Assembly: GCA_040954595.2 (NCBI GenBank)
Contig: CM082589.2
Location: 982,690 to 1,046,689, forward strand
DNA: 64,000 nucleotides
Reading direction: 5' to 3'
DNA from: Balanoglossus misakiensis
Taxonomy: Eukaryota > Animalia > Hemichordata
The translations under genes and the position numbers were made by a program. Numbering within the stretch: the stretch's first letter is position 1; every line of letters starts with the position of its first letter. Positions 30,001 through 42,155 of the stretch are shown here, one piece after another. The notes under the pieces are model-generated. The model worked only from the letters and a program-made list of their open reading frames with translations, was not told where the DNA came from and did not search any database.

Positions 30001-33000
30001 TTTTCTCTGTAAAGAACAACGCCCTATCCGTCAAGAGTTTTGCTGGCTGTGTTGGTGAGACCATCATTGATGGTAAAAATGTTGGACTCTACAACTTTGA
30101 CAAGACGGAAGGAACATGCGATGGCTGTATTGAGAGGTGAGTAGGGTTTGACGCATACCATGGATTTGTAAAAAAGTGAATTCAACTAAGAGATAGGAAT
30201 TGCTCTAGTGTGTAAACTGTTTATTTGAGTAACTTTTGATGTCATGATTTGCATCGTTATTTTCAGCCCTGGTCCTACTCCCTCAGCCGACACTTACCAG
30301 TTTGACGGCAGTGGTTATGTGGTCATGCCTAGAATCCGAAAATGGAACTCTCGATCAACAACAATCACGTTCAATTTTAGATCTTTCGATGAAAATGCTC
30401 TGTTATTCTACATCACTGATGAACAGGTAATTTTTTCATTCCTTAGTTTTGATAAGTGCGCCACCACAGTCCAATAATCTTGTCACTGATTCAATGCGTG
30501 TGCCTCCTATGTGCCAGATATAAAGTTTTCGGCCAATGTTTCTGCTGTGCTGATGCAATGCGCCCTCTACACCTATTTCTGTCAAGTTTTTTAACAGTAT
30601 GAGGCACTCCATTGTTCCCGTTATCCAGATTTTGCATTAATATGACAAATAAATAAATATTCACCACCCAGAACATACTTTGGCCAATAACAAACATCTA
30701 TGGATCCTTCGGCCACTGAAGATGATTGACATTCTCCATAATATTGACCACCCCACCCTACCCCCACCCATCCTACTTCATGATCGAACTCTACCATAGG
30801 AAATAATAGGACTGTACCAAAACAGCTTTATTGACAGGGTCTGTGTCAAAGAATAGAGATGAATGATTAAAACCATTTATAACCAAAGCTCTTTCTGTTT
30901 TTCATAACTGACTTTGTAATTCGTAACCATAAAGTTATGAAATGGTAGATGAAGACATTTCAGATATGCATTCCAGAACTCGACAAGTTAAACGTCAACT
31001 ACAGACTTCCTGTTTATTGCTATGATGAAGTCACTATTACTGTGTTCAATATAACGGAACAGTGGCTTTATAAATCACACTGAATGACAGCTTTAATACC
31101 ACAGCGACTTTTTGTCAAGATTCATTTAAGTTCAATTGAAAAACTGTACAACCAGGACTAACTTGATTAAGTATTGATCTCTTGCAGAAAGACTTTATGT
31201 CTATCGAGTTGAATGGCGGTCGAGTGGCGTATCGATATGATTTAGGAGGCGGTATGGCGGAGCTAATATCTCCTCAAAAGTATAACACAGGAGAATGGGT
31301 GCGTGTTTCCGCTAGACGAGGCAAACAAAGAGGTAGGAACATTTATAATAATCAACAGAATGCCAGACTTCAAGTAATATAACTTTCAATTTTATCCCCC
31401 TTCATTGTACATTTCCATGGTAATGTACATCTCATAACTCATAGTTAGGAAAAGAAAAAATCAATTTCCGTACAGCAGCTTGGCTGAATGAATTATTGGT
31501 TATTTTTATCCTTTCCTGCATGGCACTGTTGCTGCAGGTAAAGTTCAACTATATAACCAGACTTTTTTAAAAGTCGTGTTCCCGGGAGATTACTTGATGA
31601 TGAATGGGTCTCTAATGATATTCCATCGGAACTGTTACATCATGAAGTATGCTCATAAATTAAGGGGCAAACTTGAGTTTGAGAATGTGCTTCCCCCTGA
31701 TTTACCTTATTGATCACTGAGATTTTTGTAGGTTAGGTATGAAGGAAGTTGAGTAATTACTGATATCGGAAAAACATCTAATAATCAAGTGCATGTATTA
31801 AAAAATACTGATCAGTTTCAGTTTTCAATTTAAAGTTACCTTGAGCAATATAATACATTAAAACATCTTTTTTTGTTAAATTTGAAGGTATTTTAACTTT
31901 GGATGGTGAGGATGTAGCTGATGGCCAATCTCCAGGTTCTTTAGAAGGTCTTGCCATCAATGATTTCATGTACTTTGGAGGAACTCCATCTGATATTGAA
32001 GTCAGGTGAGTTGAAGCACTATAACAATATTCTTTCACAACTTTAGTTAACATCTGTTTATTAGTATAGCCTTAATGACGAAGTAAACTCTTATCCTGTA
32101 CTGTAATCTCTTTATTTCCAGCAATGGTGTCATTTCAAGAAGCTTCACTGGTTGTCTCAGGGATATTAATGTAAATCTAAACGCTCAGGACTTGAGATCA
32201 GAAAATATTGGTTATGTTGGTGTTACTGATGGATGCATATCCAAGGTTTGTTAAATATTTATTAGTTTTGAAGTTAATCATGTGACAGAATCGTGTCTTG
32301 ACTAGATTTTGAGTGTTTTTGAGAATGGAAGTTTTAATTAAACTTTCTTGATTTTATCACTTCAGCCGATACGTAATGTTGGCACTATGGGAAGTGGCTA
32401 TGTTGAGATGCCTCCAGTAGATCTTGGAGTGGACGGCGAAATCACAGTGTCATTTGCAACGATGCAACCCAATGCACTCATCTTGGTTGGCAAGGATACC
32501 ACGGCAAGACGCAAGCGACAAATTAATGCAGACGTCGATGGAGTAAGTAAATTTTTGTCCTTAAAGGGCGACGATCGTCTTATACACATGCGCCAAACCA
32601 GAGACTCTGGTTACAGAAATTGTATACAGTCAATGCTATAAGTACAATACATTAAAATACACTGTTATACAGTTCAACACAATACTTCAATACAATATTC
32701 TGTACATACAAATGTAGTGACCTCTGACTGACTTCTTTGATTGTCAGGTTTATTACTCTGTGATGTTGAATAATGGTCGAGTTCAGGTGCAACTTAACGC
32801 TGGTGATGGTGAGGTGTTATTGACAACAAGGAAATCATCTGGTACATTCAATGATGGAGAATTCCACGTTGCCAGCATTGTCAAATCAGACCAAAGGTTA
32901 GTCCATGGAAAACCAACAAGGAAATACAGAGACTTAGGAAGTGGAATGCAAGAGAGCAATCTGTCATGGATATCACAAAGAGAGACATACCTTAACCTTC

Positions 33001-34868
33001 ACTCTGCCAAACCTATGACTTAATTTTTGGCCAAGGGTGCTCTATACGATTTTAAACTTGCCTATGGACATGTGCTTTATATGTGAAAGATAAATATATT
33101 TATTTTTGTTTTATTTGTGTTCATATTTACATGACGTGCAGTTAGAATCCATTTCCAAGGGATCATTTAAAACCATATCCATTGGAATCACATTTTAATC
33201 TTGTTGACATATTTCTTTTCCAGCATTCGTTTGACCATCGATGACGAACACTCACGTGGTGGAAATCTACCATCCAGTAATACAGAAATAAGTGTGAATC
33301 AGTTGTTTATCGGTGGTGTTCGTGAAGACTTCCAGCAGGAAGTTGGAGAGGCTGCTGAAATCGTGACACCATTTGCTGGTTGCATACAAGATCTGGTCTT
33401 CAATGGAGTGTAAGTATAATTCTTGCGTGTTTCAGAAAGACAAGTCAGCAGGTTTGTGAGAAGTTCTTTGAAGTCGGTATTCTGTAAATGTCATCTTCAT
33501 TAAAGCCATTGACTAAATCGTGTGATAGAAAAGAATTTCACACGCTACACCATTTTCTGTGAATGCGCATACACATGAGGGCTCATTACATGTACAAACA
33601 TCTTCATACTTTCTTGCTTACTCATTCTGATAGAGGCTTTGGTTAACCTTTAGAAAAAACAGTCCATCTTGGCATGGAAACATTCCCTGATAGCGTTCCT
33701 TTGTTGTGATGGCATACTCGTCTATTAGTGGCCACCTCTATGTACTGAAAACCTGTCTATAGTGGCCACTTTGACAGTCACATACTCAGGGAACATCTAA
33801 CATGGTGCATTGTACTGCTATATGTATATATTTTGGAATACGTGTTCATTCAAATAGGGCACTAGGGCAGATGGAGAGCCTTTTGTTTCCGGTATTTTTT
33901 CTTCTTGCATGGACTCTGGTCGGACTGATTTTTTGTTCATTTTTTTTATTTTATATACTATACTTATTTATTTTCAAGTTATTTTGTGTTATTTATTTTC
34001 AAACTGTTTTGTGTATGCTCATTATTTTGTTTTATCTCTTCCTGGATTCTATCCAAGCCGGTACCAGAACATTTGTGTATGCATGTAAGCAGTCTCATTT
34101 CATGTGCATTGGTCATCGCATCCAGTAACCAATGCGGGCAATTATTTATCATGACTAACACGTGAACGTAGCTGTAACTGTACACTAGTCTAATAATATA
34201 CAGAGGACACTGCTTTGCAAAGTTATTAATCTATGCTAGGTTTCTAAAATACGGTGTCTTGCTTGCCGGGAGCAGAGAAAAGGGCTTATAATTGAAGCGA
34301 TTGCTGGTTTAGTTCTCTTTGTAACCCATTGTAGATAGATTGCCCAACAAAGCTTATAACTTTCTCATTGACCAGTCAACCATCTGGGCTAATTTCCACC
34401 TCATAAACACTAAAAGAATCACTCATACTAAGTGACTGAAAATCTTTTAATTAAAATTTTATACCAATATTTGATAACAGGTTACAAGATATGGCAACGA
34501 CGCTTGATTTCGATTTGGCTAGTCTCAGTCACTGTATGGCACCATCAGAGATCGAGATACCAACACCAGCACCTCAACCAACAGCTGCAGGTATGTATTG
34601 TATGGTCTCGTTAAAGTTCAAAGTTCTTTTGACTTTGCAGAAACCTGTCCTAGCAATTACAGGCGTCGCCTAAGTGTATATATTCACTTGTAGTTGTTAC
34701 AGAGAAAGCTGAGGAGATTCGTCAACCAACAGCACCCGCAGTTACGCAGAGTGGTGAGAGCTGTTACCGACCCTCTGACCCAGAAACTCTCCCTGGCACT
34801 GTCATGTTTGGAAGAACCAAAAACAGTCATCAACAGTATAACATAGACAAGAAGGGCATCAACAAACA
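12030..34868 (+). CDS. LAMA1/2: Laminin subunit alpha-1/2-type (wing blister-like), about 55 coding exons visible, 3'-incomplete (LG4-LG5 missing)
   Basis: Exon 1 12030-12114 encodes a signal peptide ([21 protein letters not shown]). Exon 2 13726-14009 starts LN ([23 protein letters not shown]...WWQSPS); [14 protein letters not shown] at ~16235. Then LE repeats, L4a (~18960-19960), LE, L4b (~23060-24060), LE, coiled coil (~25570-29106), LG1-LG3 (~29250-34540), Pro/Thr linker and LG4 start (MFGRTKNSH, exon 34694-34868) ending at a GTGAGT donor. Two L4 domains define the alpha1/2 class. Confidence 0.96.
14058..14163. mobile_element. ~100-bp Tc1/mariner-pogo-type MITE, TA-flanked
   Basis: Left TA-CAATAAAACCTGTC-ATTACGGACACCTCTG versus right reverse complement TA-CAGTGAAACCTGTCTATTAAGGACACCTCTG; internal repeats of GGACACCTCT. 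Confidence 0.8.
14191..14404. mobile_element. ~210-bp MITE (TACTGT...ACAGTA family), copy 1
   Basis: 26-bp TIR with one mismatch (TACTGTtAAACGGGTTATTTTCGCGA); internal TTTTCGCG repeats; related copy at 37664-37862. Confidence 0.85.
33721..33770. mobile_element. Degenerate fragment resembling the 14058 MITE family
   Basis: TCTATTAGTGGCCACCTCT...AAACCTGTCTATAGTGGCCAC resembles AAACCTGTCTATTAAGGACACCTCT; no paired TIR seen. Confidence 0.4.
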
Positions 34869-34925
34869 GTGAGTTTTCTTTCATTTGTTGTACTGTGGCA
34901 GTTTGTGTGTGTGTGCATGTAAGTA

Positions 34926-35099
34926 CATGTATACATGTCTGTCTGTCTGTCTGTCGGTATATACATGTCTGTCTGTCTGTCGGTATATACATGTCTGTCT
35001 GTCTGTCTGTCTGTATGTACATGTTTGCCTGTCTGTCTGTCTGTCTGTATGTATGTATGTATGTATGTATGTATGTATGTATGTATGTATGTATGTATG

Positions 35100-35129
<30 letters not shown>
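34926..35129. repeat. Compound microsatellite (TGTC)n / (TGTA)n
   Basis: Blocks of ATACA(TGTC)n followed by about 20 TGTA units. Confidence 0.95.
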
Positions 35130-35131
<2 letters not shown>

Positions 35132-37663
35132 GTAAGGGTAGCTGAAGAAAAGGTAGGTTGTATGATCTCAGAAGAATGGTTTCATATATACTGTTGCAGA
35201 CAGTGGCCAGTCACAGAACTATGTCTGAACTCAGCATGTGACGAGCTGTTATGCCTGGATGCCCCATTAAAATGCACACAAATTCATATGAACATTTTAT
35301 GTGCACTGCCCAGCTGTTTATTTCGTGTCCCACCTGACTCTGCAAAACTTCACTACATTAATGATCTCCGGACCCAACCTCAGTCAAATTCCATAACGAA
35401 GTATCGCAGATGGGTTTCTGATTATCCACTCTATTATAGGGAAGCATTGATGAACATTTGTATCTTCATGCAGTACAGCGCCCCCAACTAGTTATTGAAA
35501 CTAGTATGCATTCCTGTGGGAAGGTGACATAGAATTTGATTTAGTGAGCATACTTCCTTGAAATTCCAATGCTTGCACCATCTGGCAAAATACATGTTCG
35601 AGGGAATTTGGCAGAAAGGGCCATCACCGCAAGAATCGCGAGCCACCTACCCACTTTCTACTTTCGGTGTTCAATTTGTTAGTTGTCATGTATTGTGGTC
35701 TTGCATAACAACCCCAACTAAAAGCTCTACATATCTTGTAACCAATATATTAAGATTGTGAAAGGGACCTCCCACATCTGGTTATTATTGCAATGCGTCC
35801 AGGCATTACGATTTGACATTCTAGCATATTACTTTTTGAATTGCGAGGCCCTAATATTAGTCTCTAAGTGCCCTTACTCATTCCCTTCCACATCTCGGCT
35901 TGATGAATAAATTTGCCACCCTTGATGAAATGATTATGGTGCGTAGAAGTTTGACGTCATTATCCCATTTGGGTGTTATTATTCACTGATATCATATTGA
36001 AAGGTGGAAATTAGCAGACAGCAGTTTGTAATTACGCCAGTCCGTAGACCAACAATAGGATCATGTGCACCAAGAACTTGCACAGTGGCAGTTTAACAAA
36101 TGTTTAATTAAGAAAAGACATTTAATTATGCATCTGTCACTTGATTGTGATTAGACGGGCAATACAGAAAGCTTTTCAAGGAAAAATTAATAGTCTAGGA
36201 TGAGGACTTGGCTTTGCTAATGGAACGGCAAGGATTTGAGGTAATTAACTTGTATGTCACGTTACTAGAGTGCCTTTGTTGATTAAGGTAATAGACGTCT
36301 TGTTAAAGTTTATCACAGGATATGTGACTGTCATACTAATCAGATGGTGCCTGCTGTCGACAAACTAGCTGATCTGAGGTCATTCAAATAGTTTCAGTTA
36401 TTGGCGATCTTGAGAAGTAAATAGGAAGTTAAAAATCAATAAAAAATATGTTGATGTTTAATATAGTTGGCAAACTCCAGCTGTTTATTCAGATGGGCGG
36501 ATGAAATTTATCAGAGTTCTTGGATGACCAGAATGTGTCACGGCCTTGTGGGGAATCCAGACGCGAATTCGACGTTAGGAATTGCAATGCAGCATCTAGA
36601 GTGACTGTGGATGCCATACTTAGCATGGAGGATGGTGTGGATTTAAGTGGCTGAAATGCAGTAATGTTGACACTGGAGATTATAGTGAAAGTACCGACAA
36701 GTATTGTAAAGTTTTATCCGTTCAAATTGGAAAGAAGCTTAAGAATACTGATAATGCAACGCGTATATCTGTACATTTGAATTGGTATACTCAGTCTAAA
36801 ATAGCATGAAAACATCTTCTTTACTTCCCTGTAGCTGGTATCTGTCATGACTGGTATGAGTGGATTGTGAAAAAAGTACAAAACCTAACCTCAGTATAGA
36901 GCAGTGTTTGTGCTCAGTGACACCAACATTAAATGACATCACCAGGCAACAAAACAAAGAACAAATCAAGACAACATGAAATAAAAAGTCATCGCCCTGA
37001 CAGGGACAATCACGGCATTTACTTTATAGCAACGATACGGCAGTTACTAGACATCATGAAAGGATATTGTTGGCAACACAAAAATAACCAACGCACAACA
37101 GAAATTTAATGCATAGAAACAGAAGAAGTTTCACCTTGTGGCAATGTAGCATGAGATTTTTTTCCACAACATGAAACGACATTGCTGGGCAACAACTTGG
37201 AACATTCACCAGACATCATTAAAAGGACATTGCCACTGAACATAAAAATGACATTTACAAGGTTTCCGTCTACCACTCAAACTCACTGTGAATCAAATCC
37301 ACTGTTTGTACGATGTAAATGATTAGTACAATCAACTCACCAGCTGCTTAGCCAGGTGTCCATACCCCATGCTAGTTTATTGCGATCAATAATTAGTCTG
37401 TTACTTTAATGTATGTTGCGATACTCAAGCTAATCGTTTATATTGTACATACAAAGTCTGTGATTCATGCAGTGAGTTTGCAAGGTTAACTGAAATCCCC
37501 TGTACCAGGCAAAAATGCGAAATGATGCCCAGTGGACGGTAACTTTAAAGTAGGAATTGGCTCTGACGGCGTTAATATGATATTGCCAGACAGCAGCATG
37601 GACTGAGAGTGGCAAGGGACCCAGTGAAATAACTTGCGTTGTTTGCTTTAGTTTATAATAATG

Positions 37664-37862
37664 TACTGTAATACAGGAATTTTTTCGCGACAGGAAATTT
37701 TTGCGATATCAACAGAGGTGGGTAGCTATTACACAACGATTAATTTTTGCGTTCTCTTTATTCCGAATAACATTCTATTGTACACATTGTTCTTTTGCGT
37801 CTATTTATTATCGTGTGTTTTTGACTCCCACGAAGTTCGCGAATATTTCCCGTTTTACAGTA
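37664..37862. mobile_element. ~200-bp MITE (TACTGT...ACAGTA family), copy 2, diverged
   Basis: Ends TACTGTAATAC and CCCGTTTTACAGTA; shares CGCGACAGGAAATTTTyGCGATATCAACAGAGG and GATTAATTTTyGCGTTCTCTT with 14191-14404. Confidence 0.8.
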
Positions 37863-38914
37863 TACAGTTCACCAGTCCACATACGCCCAGTGACGCACAC
37901 AGTTCAAAGAAATACTTGTTGAAATAGATAACTTTGGAGTCTGATTGCATTAAGATATTTTCATTTGAAGTTTTGCAGATGTCCTCTGGAAGATAACTAC
38001 ATTGTGAAATATGAGAATGATTTGTTACTGTATGTTAAAACAAACTTGCTCTTTTTCAACCTTTCTGTGATATCAAGAATACATGGAATACTTGCATAAA
38101 GTCTGTGGAGAAAATGTGAATAAACTTCTCAAATGAATCTAAACACGGAAAGCATATACACACCAGAAAAAAAATACTGCATTGACCAGATGAGACCAAA
38201 AAGTGACGTTTTTCTGATGACATGAAATGATGTACTAATATTTATGAAATGACATTTAGTTGAAGCGCTAATAGGGACATAAAAAGAAATTTACTGAACA
38301 CCATTATGAAGTGGCATTCGCAGTCAGCCATATAATATGACATAATCATTGTGATGGCTTGGTGATATATCTTGTATCAACAGTCATTTAGGTTATTGTT
38401 GATTGATGGGGAAATTAGATTTCATATACGTGTAGTGGTACAAGTGAAATGCATGTCAAAAAATCAAATTAAGATGTTGAGGTTTCTGGTTGGAAGTCAG
38501 TGGCCGAATTTACCTGTCTTTGCGACCGATCTTGACTGAAACGTCTCCTCCAGAAAAAGAAAACCACCGCCGTCTTTTAACTGCAGTGGTGTAACTGATG
38601 TCATAAATCTCCCAGCTTTCTACTGTACATTTGTCACGTACAGTATTATAACCGATAGAATATTGTTATTCAACCTTGAAGCATGAGCATTAAGGACATC
38701 ATTTTTGATTTATCAAGCTGCTTGCCGATAAACAACAGATGCTTTTAAATCTGTTCTGTGTTCTCGTATAGAGACAATGAAAGTGTATGGTGAGTGGACA
38801 ATATTATATTCCCTTTTCAAATTAGAAGAAAGAAAGTCGTTTTCTTTGAACGCATTGACTTCAAAATATTAGTCTCTGCCTGCCTGCCTGTCTCTCCATA
38901 TGTCTTTCGGTCCC

Positions 38915-38981
<67 letters not shown>
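38915..38981. repeat. (TCTG)n microsatellite
   Basis: About 16 perfect TCTG units. Confidence 0.95.
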
Positions 38982-38984
<3 letters not shown>

Positions 38985-41900
38985 AATCTGAGTCTCTCTT
39001 TCCCGGCTGTTTCTCTCACGATCTGTCTGTAACTAATTCCATTCATGTGATTTTGGAGGTTTACTAAAAATATGGAGTGAAATGGTGTAACATCTTCTGT
39101 ACGAAGATGAAACATTCAGTTCTCAATAAAATTAGGATTTTGTCACTTATTAAATAATGGAAGAAATGGGGAAAAATACTGGGAGAAAGATTCAGATGTA
39201 GCCAAGACTTTAATATTAGAAAATTTCTGACGACTGGTGATATACAAAGTAGAAAATAATTGTGCCTAGGGACATTTGTTCTCATAAAAAAGACGGGTTA
39301 GAGGTTGGTAGAAATCAAAGTCTGGAGATAACCATGGCAACAGTATTGCGTGATAGATCACCTTGAATTTAAATATATCCAATTGTGGTTAAACGTCTGT
39401 GTCTAAATGTTGTGCCATGTTGTGGCGCACTTTATTTTGCATGGCCACCCAAGCGAAAATTTGTGATTGGCCAAATGAGAACTTCCCATGTTCACGATCC
39501 CGAAATCTCTGCTCTGTACGGTAATTGTGGTTGGCTGCATTCCTTTAATGTGCCTCATTTCAGGAGTAGAACAAGAAAATGCACTTGATCACAGCCAGGT
39601 CAGTCTTTCTTCAACCAAATATCAGAAAAAGGTGGGGATAATTGCTATAAACACCATAATGTTTTATAGAGACAGGGGGTATATCCGTCCATGTTTTGGG
39701 TCTCTGTGAAAAGCTGTGAGTTATTACAAATACACGCTGAGACATGCTGGCTTGTCACTCATTTCACTCTACTCACACCCAGCTTGTAAAGACAAAATAA
39801 AATTACTTACTTGATTGATGGTGTGTACTGGAAATCATTATTCAAAATAAAGATGATATATGTACGTGTAGGATGTACATGTTTGCTCTAATGATAGTTA
39901 GGTCAAATACTGGGAATTTCAAGGCGCTTTTAGGATTAGAATGAAGAGGTTTTAATCCATAGCATCTACATCCGATAAACCCTCTCAGACCTAAATCCCT
40001 ATATATAGAGGTAAATCTAAGTACATTATCAGACATTAAGGTCTGATAGGGTGGAATCAAAGTGGTGTGTATTACCGTATAATGCATACAACAAAACTAG
40101 AACTTCAAATATTGTCAAACTTTATAGTGACTGCCTCTTTAATGTTTTTATTCTGACTGTCTTCGGAGTAAATTCCAATCGCTGACTTGCCATCCTAGAA
40201 TATGACACCAAGTTGTCCAATTTACTCCGTCAATTAAGCGGATAGCCATCACAAAGAGCGAACATTTGTGGAGCAGTGTGTTTTGATTTGATATGATCAA
40301 GCACTAACGCTGGTATTATGACAGAATGATACAGACCTCTGGGACTGCCTGCTTTGCAATCGGAGACTTAGTTAATTGCATTGATGTTTAAAAGTAGTTT
40401 ATTGTAAAAATAAAGAACTGTCTCAGCTCATGTGCTTGGAGACAGCTTTATATTGGAAGTAGTGTCGTATCTCTCAGAAGAATGTACCTTTATTGAACTC
40501 AGGTCATATCAGCTGCAATGTGATATCTGTATCGTGGAGAGATTATGTTCTGAGTTCATTTTGCTAGGTGGTGATTGCCTGAGTCGCATTTCTTTTTCAG
40601 TTTTTTTTTTTTCGTTCAGTCTCATTGGTGTCATGGTCTGGTTAGTAGGCTCAGCTGTCTTCGTCTTCTTGTCTGTCAGCTGTCAGGCTTGATTGTAAGG
40701 AGCGAAATGATACATGTAAATGCGTGATCGAAACAGACAGATAGATGAATTTCTCCGGCGACTCTGTTGACAGGAACACCGTTTCCAGATGTTTGCATTT
40801 AAACCATTCCAGTTCAGAAACTCGCTATACAAGCAACAGTCGACGAGAATCATGTATCTGGCTTTTCGCATCCAAACACTTTCAGTTCAGAAATTTGTCT
40901 TACAATTGACGAGAGTATATATCTGGATTTGTGCATCCAAACATTTGCAGCCCAGGAAAGTTGTTTTACAGGCAACGGTAGAAAGTACTGGTGCCTCACT
41001 TGTTTCACCTTGCCCTGTCACGCAGAGCTAGGTATTGTACTGCATGAACTTTCAAAAGCTTCTGGTTTCTCAATCATAAAATGTTCAAGTGGAAGTTAAG
41101 GGTCATTCTACTTTGATGAGGGGGGACCACAAGTGTTTGAAAGCTCAGGCAGCTAAACCATCAAGTATACAAGTGTTTTACTGCTCATAGTGAAGGTCAA
41201 CATGACTGAACAGCTGCTGACTAGATACAAATAGAGCATCCAGATTTTTCTGTCCATATTTTGTCAGTCATGGAAAGCTAGGGTGAACTTTATTTGTATA
41301 TTTGACCATAGAAAGTAGATGGGAGAAATAAAAGGATCTGACACTGTATGCGATGATATCAACTGATCCAGGTTTCTAAAAATCTAAGAACCGTGGGTTC
41401 AATCATTTGTGACTACCAGTAATGATCATATTATAACTTCTAGATCGTATTGGCACACCGTATTGTTACCAGATATTGTGTCAAGTTGCAAATCACTGAT
41501 CAATCTGCCGAGCTGAGTGGTTTGAATTTTTTTTCAAAAATTTATCTGGCATCAAAATAGCATTCCCCGATAGCTGACACTATATCTCACATTTTGAATG
41601 TTGCAAGTTGTTCAGCGTTGAAAAATTTGATAAAAATTGTAATGACACAGACAAATGTATCAAGCCTGAGGGTTTCGGCAATAAATCATTTACCGTATCC
41701 CCAAAATGCTGTAAATATCAGTAATGTAAAGATGAGCATATGTCTGGTGATCAGTCAAGCGTAGACGGCTATGGCATGTTTTGTCAACCGTGATCATAGC
41801 GAGTATTGAAGTGATATACCAACAGTGTGGAAAATGGTCGAATATTTATTTTATATCGGGAGAATTTGACAAAAGATGGGAGCACTTAGAGTGACATTTG

Positions 41901-42069
41901 GCACTGAATATTAATGACCGAATAAATCAAAACTGTTTGACAAGACAGGAATACTCATTCGTACAATATGGAATACATTTCAAGTAGGCAGATTTGTAAA
42001 GGTGTGAATTACAACTGGGTGAATGATATGTCTTATTACCATGGACACACACACGGTAATTGTCATGGT

Positions 42070-42155
42070 GACACAGACAGACAAACAGAGTTATTATTAT
42101 GAAAAGACAGAGAGAGACAGAAAGTGAGAGAGACGGAGAAACAGAGAGACAGACA
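42070..42155. repeat. Degenerate (AGAC)/(AG) low-complexity tract
   Basis: Interrupted ACAG and AG runs. Confidence 0.6.

Noticed and set aside
12030-34868. Laminin pseudogene
   Set aside because: The exons I checked splice in frame with no internal stops; the missing end is better explained by a long intron.
34684-35491. ORFs rich in CMYV/CLSV/RQTD
   Set aside because: Translations of the TGTC/TGTA microsatellite.
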